From positions 108,440,001 to 108,504,000 of the forward strand of contig CM052817.1 in assembly GCA_028534125.1 (NCBI GenBank): a stretch of 64,000 nucleotides of DNA, given 5' to 3'. Made by a program: the position numbers and the translations under genes. Numbering within the stretch: the first letter of the stretch is position 1; each line of letters opens with the position of its first letter. The notes under the pieces were generated by a model. It searched no databases. It saw nothing but the letters and a program-made list of their open reading frames with translations, and was not told the DNA's origin. The DNA is from Lama glama (Eukaryota). Below are positions 12,990-26,169 of this stretch, in pieces.

Positions 12990-14852
12990 AGGTGGGGCTG
13001 AGGAATCAGATTTGCTGAGCAGGACCTGTTAGGTTCTCCAGATGCCCCGAAAACACACGTGTGCTCTGTCACACAAAACTTACCAAGAGTCGGGGGCCTG
13101 AGTCAGACTAAATTGTTCTGTCCATAACAATGGGGGCTTACATTTCCCTAGAAGCAGATCCTGAGACAAGGCTTAAAGTGCAATAAGTATTTTTGCAAAT
13201 GACCCCAACAACCACCAACAGGGAAGAATGGTGGCTGACAGTCGCTGCCGTCTTGCTGTGTCTTCATACGGTCATTCCCATCAGTTCAGTGTCATCAGTG
13301 TCTACACCGGGCAAAGCTTACCAATCTGTGTGCCTGAAGTGCACAAATTAATTGCATAGACATCATAATAAATGAATTTTTTAATTAAAAAGCAATCTCT
13401 AATTACTTCCCCAATTCATTCCATCCCAGCTGCTATCATTGCCTGGCTACTAACGCAGCTTTCTTCACAGTCAGCAGTGACGTCCATGTTCCCAGATCCA
13501 GCGCCTTCTCTGCCTGGTTCCATTAACCACCTTCCTGACCTCCAACAATGGAACGTGTACTCTGGGCCCAGCTCTTGTGACCACGCCTCCTGATTCATTA
13601 CAAGACTGGCTCTTCAGCCCCTCTCCTCAATCTTCCTTCTCCACCCAAAGCCTACAAATCAGAGGTTCTCAGGGCTTCATCTAGGCTGCCCTCAATTGTC
13701 CCAATTGAGGGCACAGTGCCTGACACACATAGTTAATATTTGTTGGAAAAAGGGGTAAATAATAAATAAAATACTGCAAATCCAACACAGAATGCAGCTG
13801 TATCAATACAGTCTTAATGAGTCCTGATCTGGAAGAGTCTCCTTCTAAAATGTTCGTAATGGCAATTTACATTGGTAAATACTACAAGGTAAACGTGCTG
13901 CTCTGTCCACTCATCCTAAAAATCATTTTGGTCAGCATTCTCAAATACGTCTCAAAATACGTCCCCTGTGTATTCCAACTCCTCTCTGTGATCCCTTTCC
14001 TGTTACCGAAAGTAAGAGACATCAGATAAGGGACAGAGCTATGGTCTGGCGCAGATTAATCTCGAGAGCCCATGTACATACTAATGTGTGAGCATTTTTA
14101 GAGGAAAACAGAAGTTGTAGCTCACTGTTTTTAAAAACTCAGCTTATTTGTTCATATTGTTGAAACCAGCTGTATTTTCCTTGGGAAGAAAAATAGGAGG
14201 CATAGGAGTTAAATATTTTTTTTAACGTGATGTTTAATTTTCAGTAACAATTCTTAAAAAAGCGGAGAGTGATATTTAAATTTATGCATAATAATGGTCG
14301 CTTTTTCTTTTAAAATATGGCCAATAGTCTCCATAGTAACAGATTCAGAGTCCCCTGTATGTGCCTCCTGGGGTTATCAATGTGCATAACCACACAATGT
14401 TAGATTCAGAGAAAGGCAAAGAACAAACCCATAGCAGACATCACAAGTTGCAGTGGTTTTAATTTACATTTAAATCTAGAAATTATTAATATTCATTATC
14501 ATTTTATTATGTAATGATAAAGGCGATGTTTCCTTCTACATCTAGACAATATTAATGTTAATGCAAACACAATTTGCATGTGTATGGAAGACTGGCTGCA
14601 GTCATCAATCACTGTCCCTTTCTGGTGCTCCAAGGAGTTCACACATCACAGAACCATCGGCACAGGCCAAAACAGAAAGTGGCCACTGTCATTTCATAAT
14701 TCATATTTATATAGAAAGATAAGGACCAAAGGGAGTCTAAGAATCCTAAACTGTTCAAGACTTGGAGAATAATTCAGATAATAGACTTTTCTAAACAAAT
14801 GGAAATTCTGATTAGAGGATCTTTATCTTTCTCACTTGGAAGCTTTCTTCTT

Positions 14853-14853
14853 C

Positions 14854-14881
<28 letters not shown>
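14853..14881. repeat. poly(T) tract
   Basis: A run of roughly 28-29 T. Confidence 0.9.
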
Positions 14882-14884
<3 letters not shown>

Positions 14885-16990
14885 TTCCACCTTCTTTGCC
14901 CTGCTCCTTAGTAAGTTTGTGTGGTTTTTTGTTTATTTAAACATTTGAAAAAAAAAATTAGCGTGAACTATACTCTGCCTCTGGCTAGAAAAGTCTTTAA
15001 GGTTCAGGTAGGCAGGTTTCTAAGACATCATGACTGCTTTGATGGGATGTCCAGCTAAAAAAAATCTCTCTGGAATCAGGCTGTTTACCTTTAAAGAAAA
15101 TAAAAAGATTCTTTAAAAAGCAATTGTCTACTCACAATAAAGATTATGAGAATATATTTTTTTCTAGTAAAAAAATCAGAGAATTAGAAATTGAATCAGA
15201 AAATGTTGGAAACAGAATCTTGAAATCAACTAGCTGAACTTTCATTTTTGCAGTTATAGAAGCTGAGGACCAGAATAGTTGACTTCTTGTTGTCGTTATT
15301 AAAGTCACGTACCTAATTGTGGTAGAGCACAGAATTTCTATTGTGGGCACTTAGCATTGTAACACGATGCCCTATGATAAATTACCATCCTGCACCAGCA
15401 TTTGGTATATTTTAAAGCCCTTTTTATATCTTTCAAAATTAAATTTCTAATGAAAACTCACTCGCAGTTTCAGAAATACGTGCTCCCTTTCTCCCATGCA
15501 GTTTTGCGTCTGATCAGCTTCACAAGGCACATTTAAATGGAGCATTGGTTGGAAACTCCAGACCTTGTCAGTTGCCAATGCACTATTTCAGATGAAACCT
15601 ACTAAGTGTATCAGATGAAACCTACTAAGGAAAAAGGAAATATTATAAATAGCATTTTTATTTATTTTTATTGAAATGTGTTTGGTTCATTCTATAGTAG
15701 TTAGAAAAATTTTAGTCCGATTTCACAGTAGAATTAACTGCTCAAAGCACACGAGATGCAAAATGAATTGTCACTAACTTAATTTACTTTACATATGAAT
15801 ATCCATAAAACAGGGACATTTCATGTCCCATTTTAGCTTGGTGGCTCTTAAATTTTCTTCTAGCCAGGCTGCAGCAGTCAGCAATTATTAGTTCAAAACC
15901 ACACTTTCACACATACACATTTTAAATTGTAACACAAACTTCAAAATCTAAAATTAAAAAAGAAGAACTTCATTTGACATCATGATTTCAAACTAGGAAG
16001 AAGGTCTTTCCTACAGTTAGTCTCCAAAATCATTACATCTTGGCTATAACAGATTGGCTATTAAATAGACAGAGTCTTGTGAACCACCTGTCATGTAAAA
16101 TTTCTCTACCATATATTTAAACCAGTCAAGCAATGGAAGTAGAGGCTGTTTGCCAGGCCTTAGAAATACCGTGGAGTGGATGTGACCACGGTATCTGTGA
16201 AAACACAGATTCTGCATGGGTTCCATCTTGGAAAATGCTTCCCTGGTCTTCTTCCAGCTCATCAAAGAAATGAGATGAATAAATTTCACTTAGGTGTGAG
16301 CTCAGAAATCAGTGCTGCTTGACTGCTGTTTTCCATGATGTAGGTCTTCCTCGTATAAAATCCTCTGACAGTCAAGCAAGACCATGAACTCCACGTGGCT
16401 CCAGTCTCCTTAACTCCATCAGAAGTAGCTGGTTTTCTTCTGTGAAGGTTTATCATGGGTGTAAGTGCATTTGGCTGCTTCATAGTTCTGTTAATTTCAC
16501 TCACCAGTGATTAAAAGACATGTTAAACGTGGAACCGCATGCACCTGGCGTTGGACACTGCAGTGGAGAGGCAGGACAGGGATCCTTAGCTGATCAAAAA
16601 AAGAAAGAGGGCAAGAAAGTAAAATTTCTGCCATCAGAGAGTTTGCAGTCAATTGCATGGAGGGTCTATCAACTAAACTAGAGGAGATAATCATTAATTT
16701 GCAGCAGCGAGGTTAAGGACTCATCCTAGAAAGTTCTCGGAAGGATGAGTGACTTCCCTGGTAATGTAGTTAGTGACGGAGATAAAGAAGAGGGGACAGA
16801 AAGACCTCTTTAGTCAAAAAATGATTGAGGGTTATCTTCATTTTAACACATCATTAGTTATAAAACTCTCCAGTGAATTAATAACAGCCTTTGGAGAGAG
16901 AGAGAAATGGGGACCTCTGACTTCAAAGCTTGGATCATGACTGGGCGTCTGTCTACACTGCCTCCAAACACTTGTTGGACAACCTTGATG

Positions 16991-17228
16991 AGAGGCAGAG
17001 TGATGGTCAAGTGCGTGGACTCTAGAGTTAGGCTACTTGAGTTCAAATCCCAGCTCTGCCACTCTCCTCCTGAATGGTCTCAGGCCAATTGCTCAGCCTC
17101 TCAGTACCCCACACTGCTCCTCTGTAAAACTCGCTAAATCCACCTGTCTCCTATGGTTACAGTGACAACTCCTGTGACACATGGGAGTTCTTAAGATAGC
17201 ACCTGGTGCGTAGTCAATCAGCTATTAC
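16991..17228 (+). mobile_element. MIR SINE
   Basis: gagttcaaatcccagctctgccact, ctcagcctctcagtacccc...ctctgtaaaa and cttaagatagcacctgg. Confidence 0.8.
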
Positions 17229-18359
17229 ACTATGATCAGTGCAATACGTTAAGTTCTAGGAAAAAGAGGCTCTAAAGAAAAGTGTAATGGAAGACAACTC
17301 TAGAATGTTCTAGAATAAGTTCTGGAATCTATCCTTGTGGCGTGAGCATGAGAAAGGAAGCAAAGATCGGCAGGCCTGAGGACAGGAATTGAGGTATGTC
17401 AGGAAACCCCGAGACCTGCAGGAGTGGGAGGCCCGGCCTACAGGGCAGAGCAGATCACACTTAAGGAGAAGTTTGTATCCTGCAGACAAAGGGAGACTGA
17501 GACCTTAAGACTGGGGGCTCAGGTTGTGATCAATTTGTGTTTAAACAGATCAGGCTGGTAATCTGAGGACAGTTTGCAGGAACATCGCCATAGGAGAGGC
17601 AGAGAGCGGTCTGGAGGGCTTTTTGTGGCGGGGAGACACAGCAAGAAGACCAGGGTTCTATCCGGGGTGGAAACAAACACAAAGGAAGATGACTGGAGGC
17701 CTCACATTAGGGGGCACTCACCGAGGGCACAATGATCCATTTTTATGGATGCATTGAGGGTCTCCACAGGTTGCTCTTTTGGTCAAGTCCACGAGAATCT
17801 CAAGGTCACTGGGAACAGAAACTCTGTCTCCAACTTAGAATGTTCACCTTCACCCAGAAACTAGGAGGTCATCTCCCTAACTTCGCATTTGTCTCCTTCT
17901 GTCCTTCAGAAACATATTTGAATACACATTGTCAGTTTCCTTCATCACAGGCTGTCAGCACCAGCAAGACAGTAACGGTGATTTTACAGCCAGGTTTTAT
18001 TGCTAAGAATCAGGGCAGCAGACCCTTTTTCCTTCCTAAGATTTCAGAAGCTTCATTTCTCATGTCTGTAGCCACGGATCTGAGACAGTGATGGTTTCAT
18101 CGACTCAATGTCTAGTTCCTGTACGCTCTGGGCACTGTCTTTCCATGTCAGGCAAAAGCAGAATGACTTAGTTTGTTGTTGGCAACAGAGTTTTAAACTA
18201 CATACTTATGACTCGAATTGTGTGGAGTTACCAAATAAACACCAAGTGCTTAATAGAAATGTGCATTTCCTAGGTTTGAAATGTCTTTTTTGGGGTCATG
18301 CAACACCTAGCACTGTACTAACAGCAGGGAGAACTAAAAACGAGATGGATTAACGTGCC

Positions 18360-18643
18360 AGCTCTGAAACCAGCTCCCCTCATTCAAGTTCTGCCTTTGG
18401 TCCTTATAAACGTGTGACTTTGGTCCAGTTTTACAAAGCCTTTCAGGGGCTCAGTTTCTCAACTATAAGATGGGGCTTTAAGGGGGAGGGTATAGCTCAG
18501 GGGTAGAGTGTGTGCTTTGCATGCACGAGGTCCTGGATTCAATCCCCAGCACCTCCATTATAAACAAACTAAACAAATAAATCTAACCCCCCCATTTTTT
18601 TTTAAATGGGGATTCAATGAGTATCTACTCACAGAGTTGTAGT
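18360..18643 (+). mobile_element. MIR fragment interrupted by a younger tRNA-derived SINE
   Basis: tgtgactttggtccagtt...ctcagtttctcaactataagatgggg resumes after the SINE as aaatggggattcaatgagtatctactcacagagttgt. Confidence 0.6.
18482..18593 (+). mobile_element. tRNA-Ala-derived SINE (camelid Vic-1-like)
   Basis: ggggagggtatagctcaggggtagag...gcatgcacgaggtcctggattcaatccccagcacctcca has A- and B-boxes, followed by an A-rich linker and a C-tract. Five further copies occur in the window. Confidence 0.9.
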
Positions 18644-20115
18644 TTCCCCATTGTTTGGGAAGTGGGAGAGGATTCTGCTGCAGTGCACTTTACCTCATTG
18701 TGGATATTTCATTAAAAAGGGTAGTAAGGTGTCACCAGCTTGGCAAGATGCAGAACGAAAATGAGCAGGCTACTCTAGCTCCCAGAACAGGTGACAGTGG
18801 GTTCCCAGGCCAGACTAAACAGACTCTGCGGAACGAGAGATTTCTTTCCCCTGAGCTGGGCTGAGACTCCTGACTGTGGGTTTCACAGCGATAATCATCT
18901 TCGAACAGAAATCTGGTAGGCAGAAAGAAAAAGATATTAGGAAGTACTTCGAATTCTTAAAAGGCTGTTGTTTGTTTCTGTTTTTGTTTTTAACAGGTGT
19001 GTAGTGTAATCATTTGCCTCAATAAATAGGAATAATAGTAACTATAATAATTAGCCGATTCTCACATTTTTCACTTTAGTTTTATGTGTATCTAAAAAGT
19101 CATTCACAAAAGAAAGTAAGGAATTTTTTTCCACTGACTGTCCAGTGGGACAAAAAAAAATGACAGCCACTAGTGTCTTTTCTCTAATATATCCTTTCAG
19201 ATACAAATGGAGTTTATCTAAAGAGTTAGAATTTCAAGGGGGAAGATATTTGCTTGCCTGAGGGCTTAATAAGTCACTAGTCATTTCCTGGAGCCTCTTT
19301 GTGCTTTCAGTAACTCCAACCAATCTAAAAACACCTTTGTCAAATTATCAGTGAAGATGCTAATTTACCTTGCCATCAGACTTTGAAAAAAACCCACCTC
19401 CCACACACAAACAAACAAACAAAAAAATACCAAACCAAAAAAAACTTGACCAGGAATTCTGAATTAGAAACAGGTAGAGGGAGACCGGTAGGAATCTTAT
19501 GAAAAAGAGGCTGAGACGCTGACATCTATGGTGAATCATAAATTGAGTCTTCAAAGGGAGCAACTGGGAAAATAGCGTCTCTCTCCCAAGCCCCGATGCT
19601 GTGATTCGGTAGCAATCATGAGTACGGAAGGAGGAATGATAATTCATTCCCTTTGTCCTCCAAGACCAGGAGATGGATCCTCTGATCTAACTGCCTGCAG
19701 ATGTCCAGGGGAAGGCATCTGGGGTGACCAGCTTCGCCCGGGATGAACAGGAGGCTCAGGGAGCCCGCGCTTTGGGTGGGCTTCAACCCCCAGGCCAGCT
19801 TCTCCATGATGTCTTAGTCACCACTGCTGCCTCCTGGCTCAACTGTTTTATTTAGGCTGTTCCAGAAAGATAGCTGTCTGAGTGTCGTGTTCTGTTCTCA
19901 GACACGTGGGAACGTGTGTCTCCCATCCCACGAGTCTACCTTGAGCGAAACCCAGGGAGGGCAGTCATCGGGAAGAGAACTTAGAGAAACCTACAAAAGC
20001 GTCACCCAGGAAGGTTTCTGTCCAAAATCCAGGGTTTTAGTGTCCAGTGAGAGGCACAGGAGTCGAAGGGGTAGACCAGGAGAGAAATGATAACCGTGCC
20101 TGTCCCCTGTGGTGT

Positions 20116-20771
20116 TGAGACAGGAAGGAAGTGGACAGGGCACAGCCACTCAAGGAGTAAGACAGCAGTTAATACCAGAATGGTGAGAGATTCAACCCCC
20201 AGAGGCCTTGAGGCTCAGGATGGTGGGAGATCTGACTTCTAGTAGACCTTGAGCTTCATTACACACTCATTGTAATGTACCAGCATGGTGAATAACACTC
20301 CCATAGGTGCCATGACAGTCCCATGGCTAGCCACAATAGGTCAAAGAGTGAGAGATGGCCAATTTCTGGGAATCCCAGCCCCTTCCCCAGGGTAGTTAGT
20401 CCTTCCACTTATTAGCACATGAAGCCACTGAACCCATAAAAACTGGCAACATGGTGCCTCGTGGTGGTCTTTTTGCTCTCTCCCCTTCGGAGACGGCCCG
20501 CAGTCTGTCTGTGGAGTGTGCACCTACTTCTACTCTCATCTGAGCACCCAGCCCCACACCTCGTGGCCTTTCTCCTGTCTTCTGAAACAGCCTATACTCT
20601 GTGCAGTATGTATCTCTCTAAATAAATCTACCTTTACTCAACAGTGGCTCACTCTTGAATTCTTTTCTTCATGAAGCCAAGGGCCCACACTTGGTGGGGC
20701 ACGTCCCAGGGACTCAACCGAGACCTGGGACACAGCCCTCCTCACGCCCCACATCAGTTTTTCCTGTGTCA
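20116..20771 (+). mobile_element. MER41-like ERV1 solo LTR
   Basis: tgagacagga...tgtgtca termini with a perfect 4-bp TSD, gtgt (20112-15 / 20772-75). MER41-type motifs include acactccca...gccatgacagt, ttctgggaa..cagccccttccc and aataaatctacctttact..tggctc.ctcttgaattcttt. Confidence 0.85.
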
Positions 20772-21902
20772 GTGTGGCTCTGGGAAAATTAATTCTCCAT
20801 TTCTCTGTGATCACCGGGGGAAACTCCAACTTTCCTCCAGGGGCTGGTGGGAAGATGAAATCTAATCTAAGGCAACTAATCTAAATCTAAGGCATCTAAT
20901 AGCTCCTGGGACGTGACAGGTGCCTCAAAAAGTAAATTTGAACATGAATGACTGTCCCCTCCATTTATTTTCCCTGGTTGGCATTTGTTTAATTATAAAT
21001 CCTTCTGAGCTGTCAGCAGGAGAAAAACTGTTTTTTACCCTCTTAATGTCCTGGAGGACGTGTAAAAGACAATTCAGGTGATGAGGAAGGAGAAAAGGTG
21101 GTCCAGGAAGATGGGGAATGCATCAGAGAAATTTGCGCCAATAGAAATAAAACTGGAAGAAGAAAGTGATGCCTTAGGATGTTGTAGGGCTGTTTTCGGA
21201 CAGAAGAGAGCAAGTCCTTTTCTTCCTATAAAGATGGCAGATGGCGGACAGTCATAATCACAGAAGAAAAGGACTTGAAAATCCCTTGAACTGTCTTGAA
21301 CTTCAAAAGCAGCTGAGGCTACTTTAATGGCAGATGAGTGAAGCTCTATTTTCCTTTCTGCTAACCAACTAGACTTCTTTAACGTCCGCTGAGTAGTGGA
21401 CTGGGGCCACGCACCTCTTTTACAAAGGCTGGTAGCCAAGGGAAGGATCACGTTTGACACAATGATCACAAAGTGAAAGGGTCCTTCTCCCAGGACCTTT
21501 GAAAGGAGAGGGTCAGTATCCAAGAAAGGAAGATCTGTAGCTGCGTCTTGACCTCTTGACTACGATTTGTCATGACACGGACAAAAGCCTTCCTATCCTA
21601 CACGTGATTTCCGGGGAGAGAAAAATGGCATCTTAGAGACGGGAGGATGCAACCAAACGCAGTGCTGGTGGCTGTCCACATTTTAGGGGATGCCCCTTGC
21701 TCTCAGGGCTGTACAGATGTCACCAGGGGGACTCTACGGGACTGCAGGACACTGGACTTCCGTTCTTGGCTGGCAGCAATGTCACTTTCTTATTATTTAC
21801 AACTCACCGATGTGCTACAGCTATTTTTCTTGACCTTGGGACCACACTGGCCCCTTTTGTTGTTGTTCCCATGATATCAAACACATATTAAAAATTAAAA
21901 TG

Positions 21903-22083
21903 TGTACAACAAATTTCTTCTGTATAGATTTAATATCTTGTAGTGACCTATAATGAAAAAGAAAATGAAAAGGAACCTATGTGTGTACACGTATGACTGA
22001 AACATGACGCTGTACACCAGAAATTGAATTGACACAACATTGGAAACTGACTCTACTTCAATAAAAATGAAAAAGTAAATACG
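21903..22083 (+). mobile_element. L1 3' UTR fragment with TSD
   Basis: L1 tail motifs. The TSD is taaaaattaaaatg (21889-21902) / taaaaattgaaatg (22084-22097). Confidence 0.85.
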
Positions 22084-23391
22084 TAAAAATTGAAATGAGG
22101 ATACCCACACATAATTTGTTCAGTTTCCCCAAATTCAGTAAAATTCCCGAGACTCGCCTTGGTCAGGGATTTCCCAGCTCTTCTTCCTCTTTTTTTTGGT
22201 TCTCAGTAGAACTTGTCTTTCCAAACTGTAATAACAGATAAAAGAGAGCTACCTTGATGGGACGAATGTAGGGAGAAGTGCACGTTCAACATCTCTTGCT
22301 GGCCTCCAAGGCGCCTTCGAATTGAGCCTCTGGAACGTGTTCCGTGCGCGCATTGTCACGGCGGCACCGTTACGTTGGTAAAGCCTCCCCATCACTGTCT
22401 GTGGTAGCTCAGAGAATGGAAGAATTCCAAAGCCGTGAGAGGAGTGAGGCAGACTCCAGGGCAAATCTCTCCTGTAAAGAAGAGGAGCAGAGAGGATTTT
22501 GAGGTCAAGTTTGTGCTGTCTGTTAGCAGTAAAGTCGGACCAAGTCCCCAGTCTCCAGTCTCCCGGTGAAATCAGCTTTTGTTCGCTGATCCAAGGTCAC
22601 CAGGGCACCTCTTTATTTGAGGCTTTCAGACGGCCTACTCCCTCCGACTTCTGAGTCAGACAAGACCTTCTGAGATTTCAAAAAGAAATCTTGCATACTC
22701 AGCTGTGATTTCCCAAAGGAAAAAGCAGCTTCACTTTGATGGGGACAGCCACAGAGGGCCACCTGAAGGCTAGTCCTTGCCACCCATTTCTTTCGGCCAC
22801 TCACCTCTAACATTCCATCTCCCAACTCCCCTTCCCTGAAAGAGTCAAAATGAGAAAGTACACCTGCTCCTTTTGAGAGCAAGGCCTTAACACAACCCTC
22901 GACCACTGGCCTCAGCAAGCAAGCCTTTCTCGGTTAGTTGGCAGTTGCTACACTGGGAGGTAGAAGGTGACTGATCTAGATAAACAAGGTAGAAGGAAAA
23001 GTGTGTTGTATTATTAGTTTTTTTGGTTGGGAAAACAGAGTATTAATATGACCTGAGGTACTGAGACATAGCAAGGCTGTGTGTTTCTCAGGGCAGAGAC
23101 AGTGGAGAGAGAAAAGTATGCTCTAAGAGATTATTGCATTTCCTTTTTCCCCCTTGAGCAGTCTTTCTGTCCTGCTGAGGTGTCGGCATTTGCTGTGCTC
23201 ACTAATGACACCCCCAGCTCCCAGCCTCACCAAAGTGAGTGGAGAAGTTTTGCTCAGTAGCCATTCTAGACACACAGTGGACATTTAGGTGGGTCATAGC
23301 TCTCTGCACAGAAGAGAAACTCAAACTCCATTACCTGCCACTACAATACTGAAAAGTTCTGGGAAAAGTCTTAACTAATTTTGCATGCATA

Positions 23392-23393
<2 letters not shown>

Positions 23394-23433
<40 letters not shown>

Positions 23434-23444
23434 TGTGTGTGTGT
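23394..23444. repeat. (TG)n microsatellite, about 25 units, one TA interruption
   Basis: Directly visible. Confidence 0.95.
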
Positions 23445-25224
23445 TGAATCAGAAGAGCGAGCAAGAAAACTTCTAACATTTGATTTTCTGAGAAAAAGTC
23501 AGGCCCCATGGTTCCTGCCCTACTGGGTGTTAAGTGATTAATTGAATGAAGAATTGGCTTTAAATCTTATTTCACTTCAAAAAAAACTTTTTTTAGGAGT
23601 GACACCCACCCTCCTTCTCCCAAATTATCATGGTTAATACCCAAGTACACTCTAGCATGTCCCTCAGCAGGGCTTTGCAGGTAGCTCTCTGCAGGCATCC
23701 AGCCGGAGTGGGCGCTCCCTCCTAAGGTTTAAGAAAACATGAAAACCACAAAGAATGCTCACAATTATGTTCTCCTGGTTGGTGGAACAGATGCTTTTCC
23801 TCAAGGAAAATGCTTTAGGCCAAAACAAAGCCACATTCATTCAAAATGTCTTGTTTAGTAGTTGCGTGGAGTCTGGATTATATAAAATTTACTTTCGATG
23901 CAAGGATCTCACTTTCTTAGGAAGGGTTTATGAGCAAAATGGAGCAGGGAGACAGGCAGAGGACACCGTGCTGAAAGAATCAACTATGCCAAGGGGGAGG
24001 GCTGTTCGAGAGACAATAGTGCGGGTCCCCTGGAAGGAAACAAGGCAACCTGGATGCAGTTTGGTCTGGGGGGGTCACTCGGGAGCACCTGGCTGGCTTC
24101 AGTTATAAGGCACATGTCAAATCAATCTGTAGAATGTGGATGAGGTGAAAGGCAGAGGTGAGGTATTATGCTAGATCATCTGTAACTTTTCAAATGCAAC
24201 CTTCATGCTGAAATTCCAGGGAGAATGTAAGTGACTCCAATAAAGAAACCTGTCAGTCAGTCAGGAGTGTTCATTTATTGTCCCCCTGGGCCAGGCACTG
24301 CTCTGGCCAAAATGAAATGATACGGAATAAAGAGTAGTCATCACCCTGCCAATCTTGTGAGAGCAAATGGATTAAATCTGCAGCCACACACACACACTCA
24401 CTCTCTCTCGGTAGGTGGCCAAGAAACATCTCGATGAGAAAATTAAACTTGCAAAGTTAAAAAGACTGAGGAGTAATGAGTTTTATTACAAATAGGTGAA
24501 AATGTGCTCAGAAAGCATGTCTTCTAGATGACAAGTCTCATGCTACCAGAACCGGGAACCCTAACCCTCTCTGCCCCACATCTACAAGACCTTTTGGGAA
24601 CATATTTATTGTGCCTATACGGATTCACACTGGTGTTGAGCTGCTGCTGAAGTGAATGAAATGACAATGCTTGTGTCTGCTACACTGTAAATCCTCGAGC
24701 GTCAAAGACTGGGCCTGATTTATGGGCCCTCATATCCTGCAGTTTGAGGACAGAAGGCGGAAAGGAGTAAGAATGAAGGGATGGGATGGGTGACTCAAGG
24801 GTTCACGGAGGAGCTGAGCTGAGGAGAACCTTAAAAGGGAAAAAAAAAGGAAGAGGACTAGGACGTCACAAGTTGGTTGGTCTCAGTGGGCGTCCAAGCA
24901 CAGGAAGAGGGCTTGACCCTTTCGCCAGACCGAGGAAGGGTGGGCCCTGGTCTGGTCCACTAACAGGATGCCTCAGTCTGAGCACCCCTGGACCCCTTTT
25001 CTGGGCAGCTCTCCTCAATACTCACAGATGGCCTCGCAAGGCCAGGAAGGGCAGCTCCTTACAGTCGAGACTCCACCCTGACTCAAGCCCACACCTTAAG
25101 GCTCCGTCCTTCCCCCAACCTGTACTGAGCACCGGACCTGGTCTGATCTGCATTGACCGGCTGACCAAAGCTCGCTCTGCTTTGCTCTGCGTGGCCCTCG
25201 CTTGCTGTAAATTTGAGGCGGGCC

Positions 25225-25348
25225 AACTTGTAGGAAGGCTTCTCGGGGACAGAGACTTTGGTCCCTGTGCACTACTCCGGCCCCAGTTCCCAGAACACTG
25301 CCTGACCCAGGAGGCAGTCAAGTCAATGCGGTGTTCCCTGAATGAATG
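25225..25348 (+). mobile_element. L2 3' end (ancient)
   Basis: ggggacagagactttg...ccccagttcccagaacactgcctgacccaggaggcagtcaa...tgaatgaatg. Confidence 0.6.
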
Positions 25349-26169
25349 CACGACGTGGTTATCATTTTGGCCTTATGTCTTGACTTCTGCTTTTTCCACT
25401 CCCTGCTCGGGAGAGCTGGAAAGCGGAGGGGAATCCTTGCCTTCCAGTTTCCCGTATTCCTTCAGGCCAGAAAGTCCGGCCCAAGGGCCCCGCGGCCAGC
25501 GCTTTGGGGATGGAGATGCCCTCGGGAGGGAAGGAGCAGCCCGGGCGAGGGGGGCGTGGGGCCGGGGGGTAGAGAGGCAGGAAGTTCTTCCCACTTCTTC
25601 TGACCTCCGGGGTCCCCGCAGCACCACGCGTGCTCTGTATCCCGCGCCAGGGCGTCCCGGGAGGGTAGCCCGCGCCGCACCCCCGCCGGGGCCCCTCGTA
25701 CCCAGGCCGCGCCGGCACCTGCCGACGGGCGGTAGACCGCCCAGGCGGGCGCGCAGGCCCCGGCCTCCCCTCCCTCCTCCCTCCTCTCCCCCCTTCCCGC
25801 GGGCGGCGGCGCCCCGCCTGGCCCGGCCCCCGGCCCCCTCCTCCCCGCGGCCCGGACGGTGGGGAAGGGGAGGGGACAGCCGAGCCCCGGCGCTCGGCCT
25901 GCTCTCCGCCCGGGGCCGATCGGCCGCGAGCCCCAAGGCGCGGGGGAGGGGACGCTGAGCAGGGCCCCACGCACCCGGAGCCCGACCTCCCGGCGGCGCG
26001 GAGCGGGTTCGCGCCCGGAGCGGGGAGCCGGGTCGCGGAGTCCCGTCCAGGTGCCGGGAGCCGCGCAGCTCGGGGCGGGAGAGGGACCCACGGCCTCCCC
26101 GCGCCTGGTACCCCCGGCCCGGCTGGGACCCCCGGCCCCGGCGCCGCGCCCGCGTCTCCCCTCCCCCTC

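Noticed and set aside
18486..18557. Apparent tRNA-Ala(TGC) gene
   Set aside because: It has acceptor-stem and T-stem mismatches, carries the SINE-specific tail, is inserted within a MIR and has five diverged siblings in the window. It is a tRNA-derived SINE.
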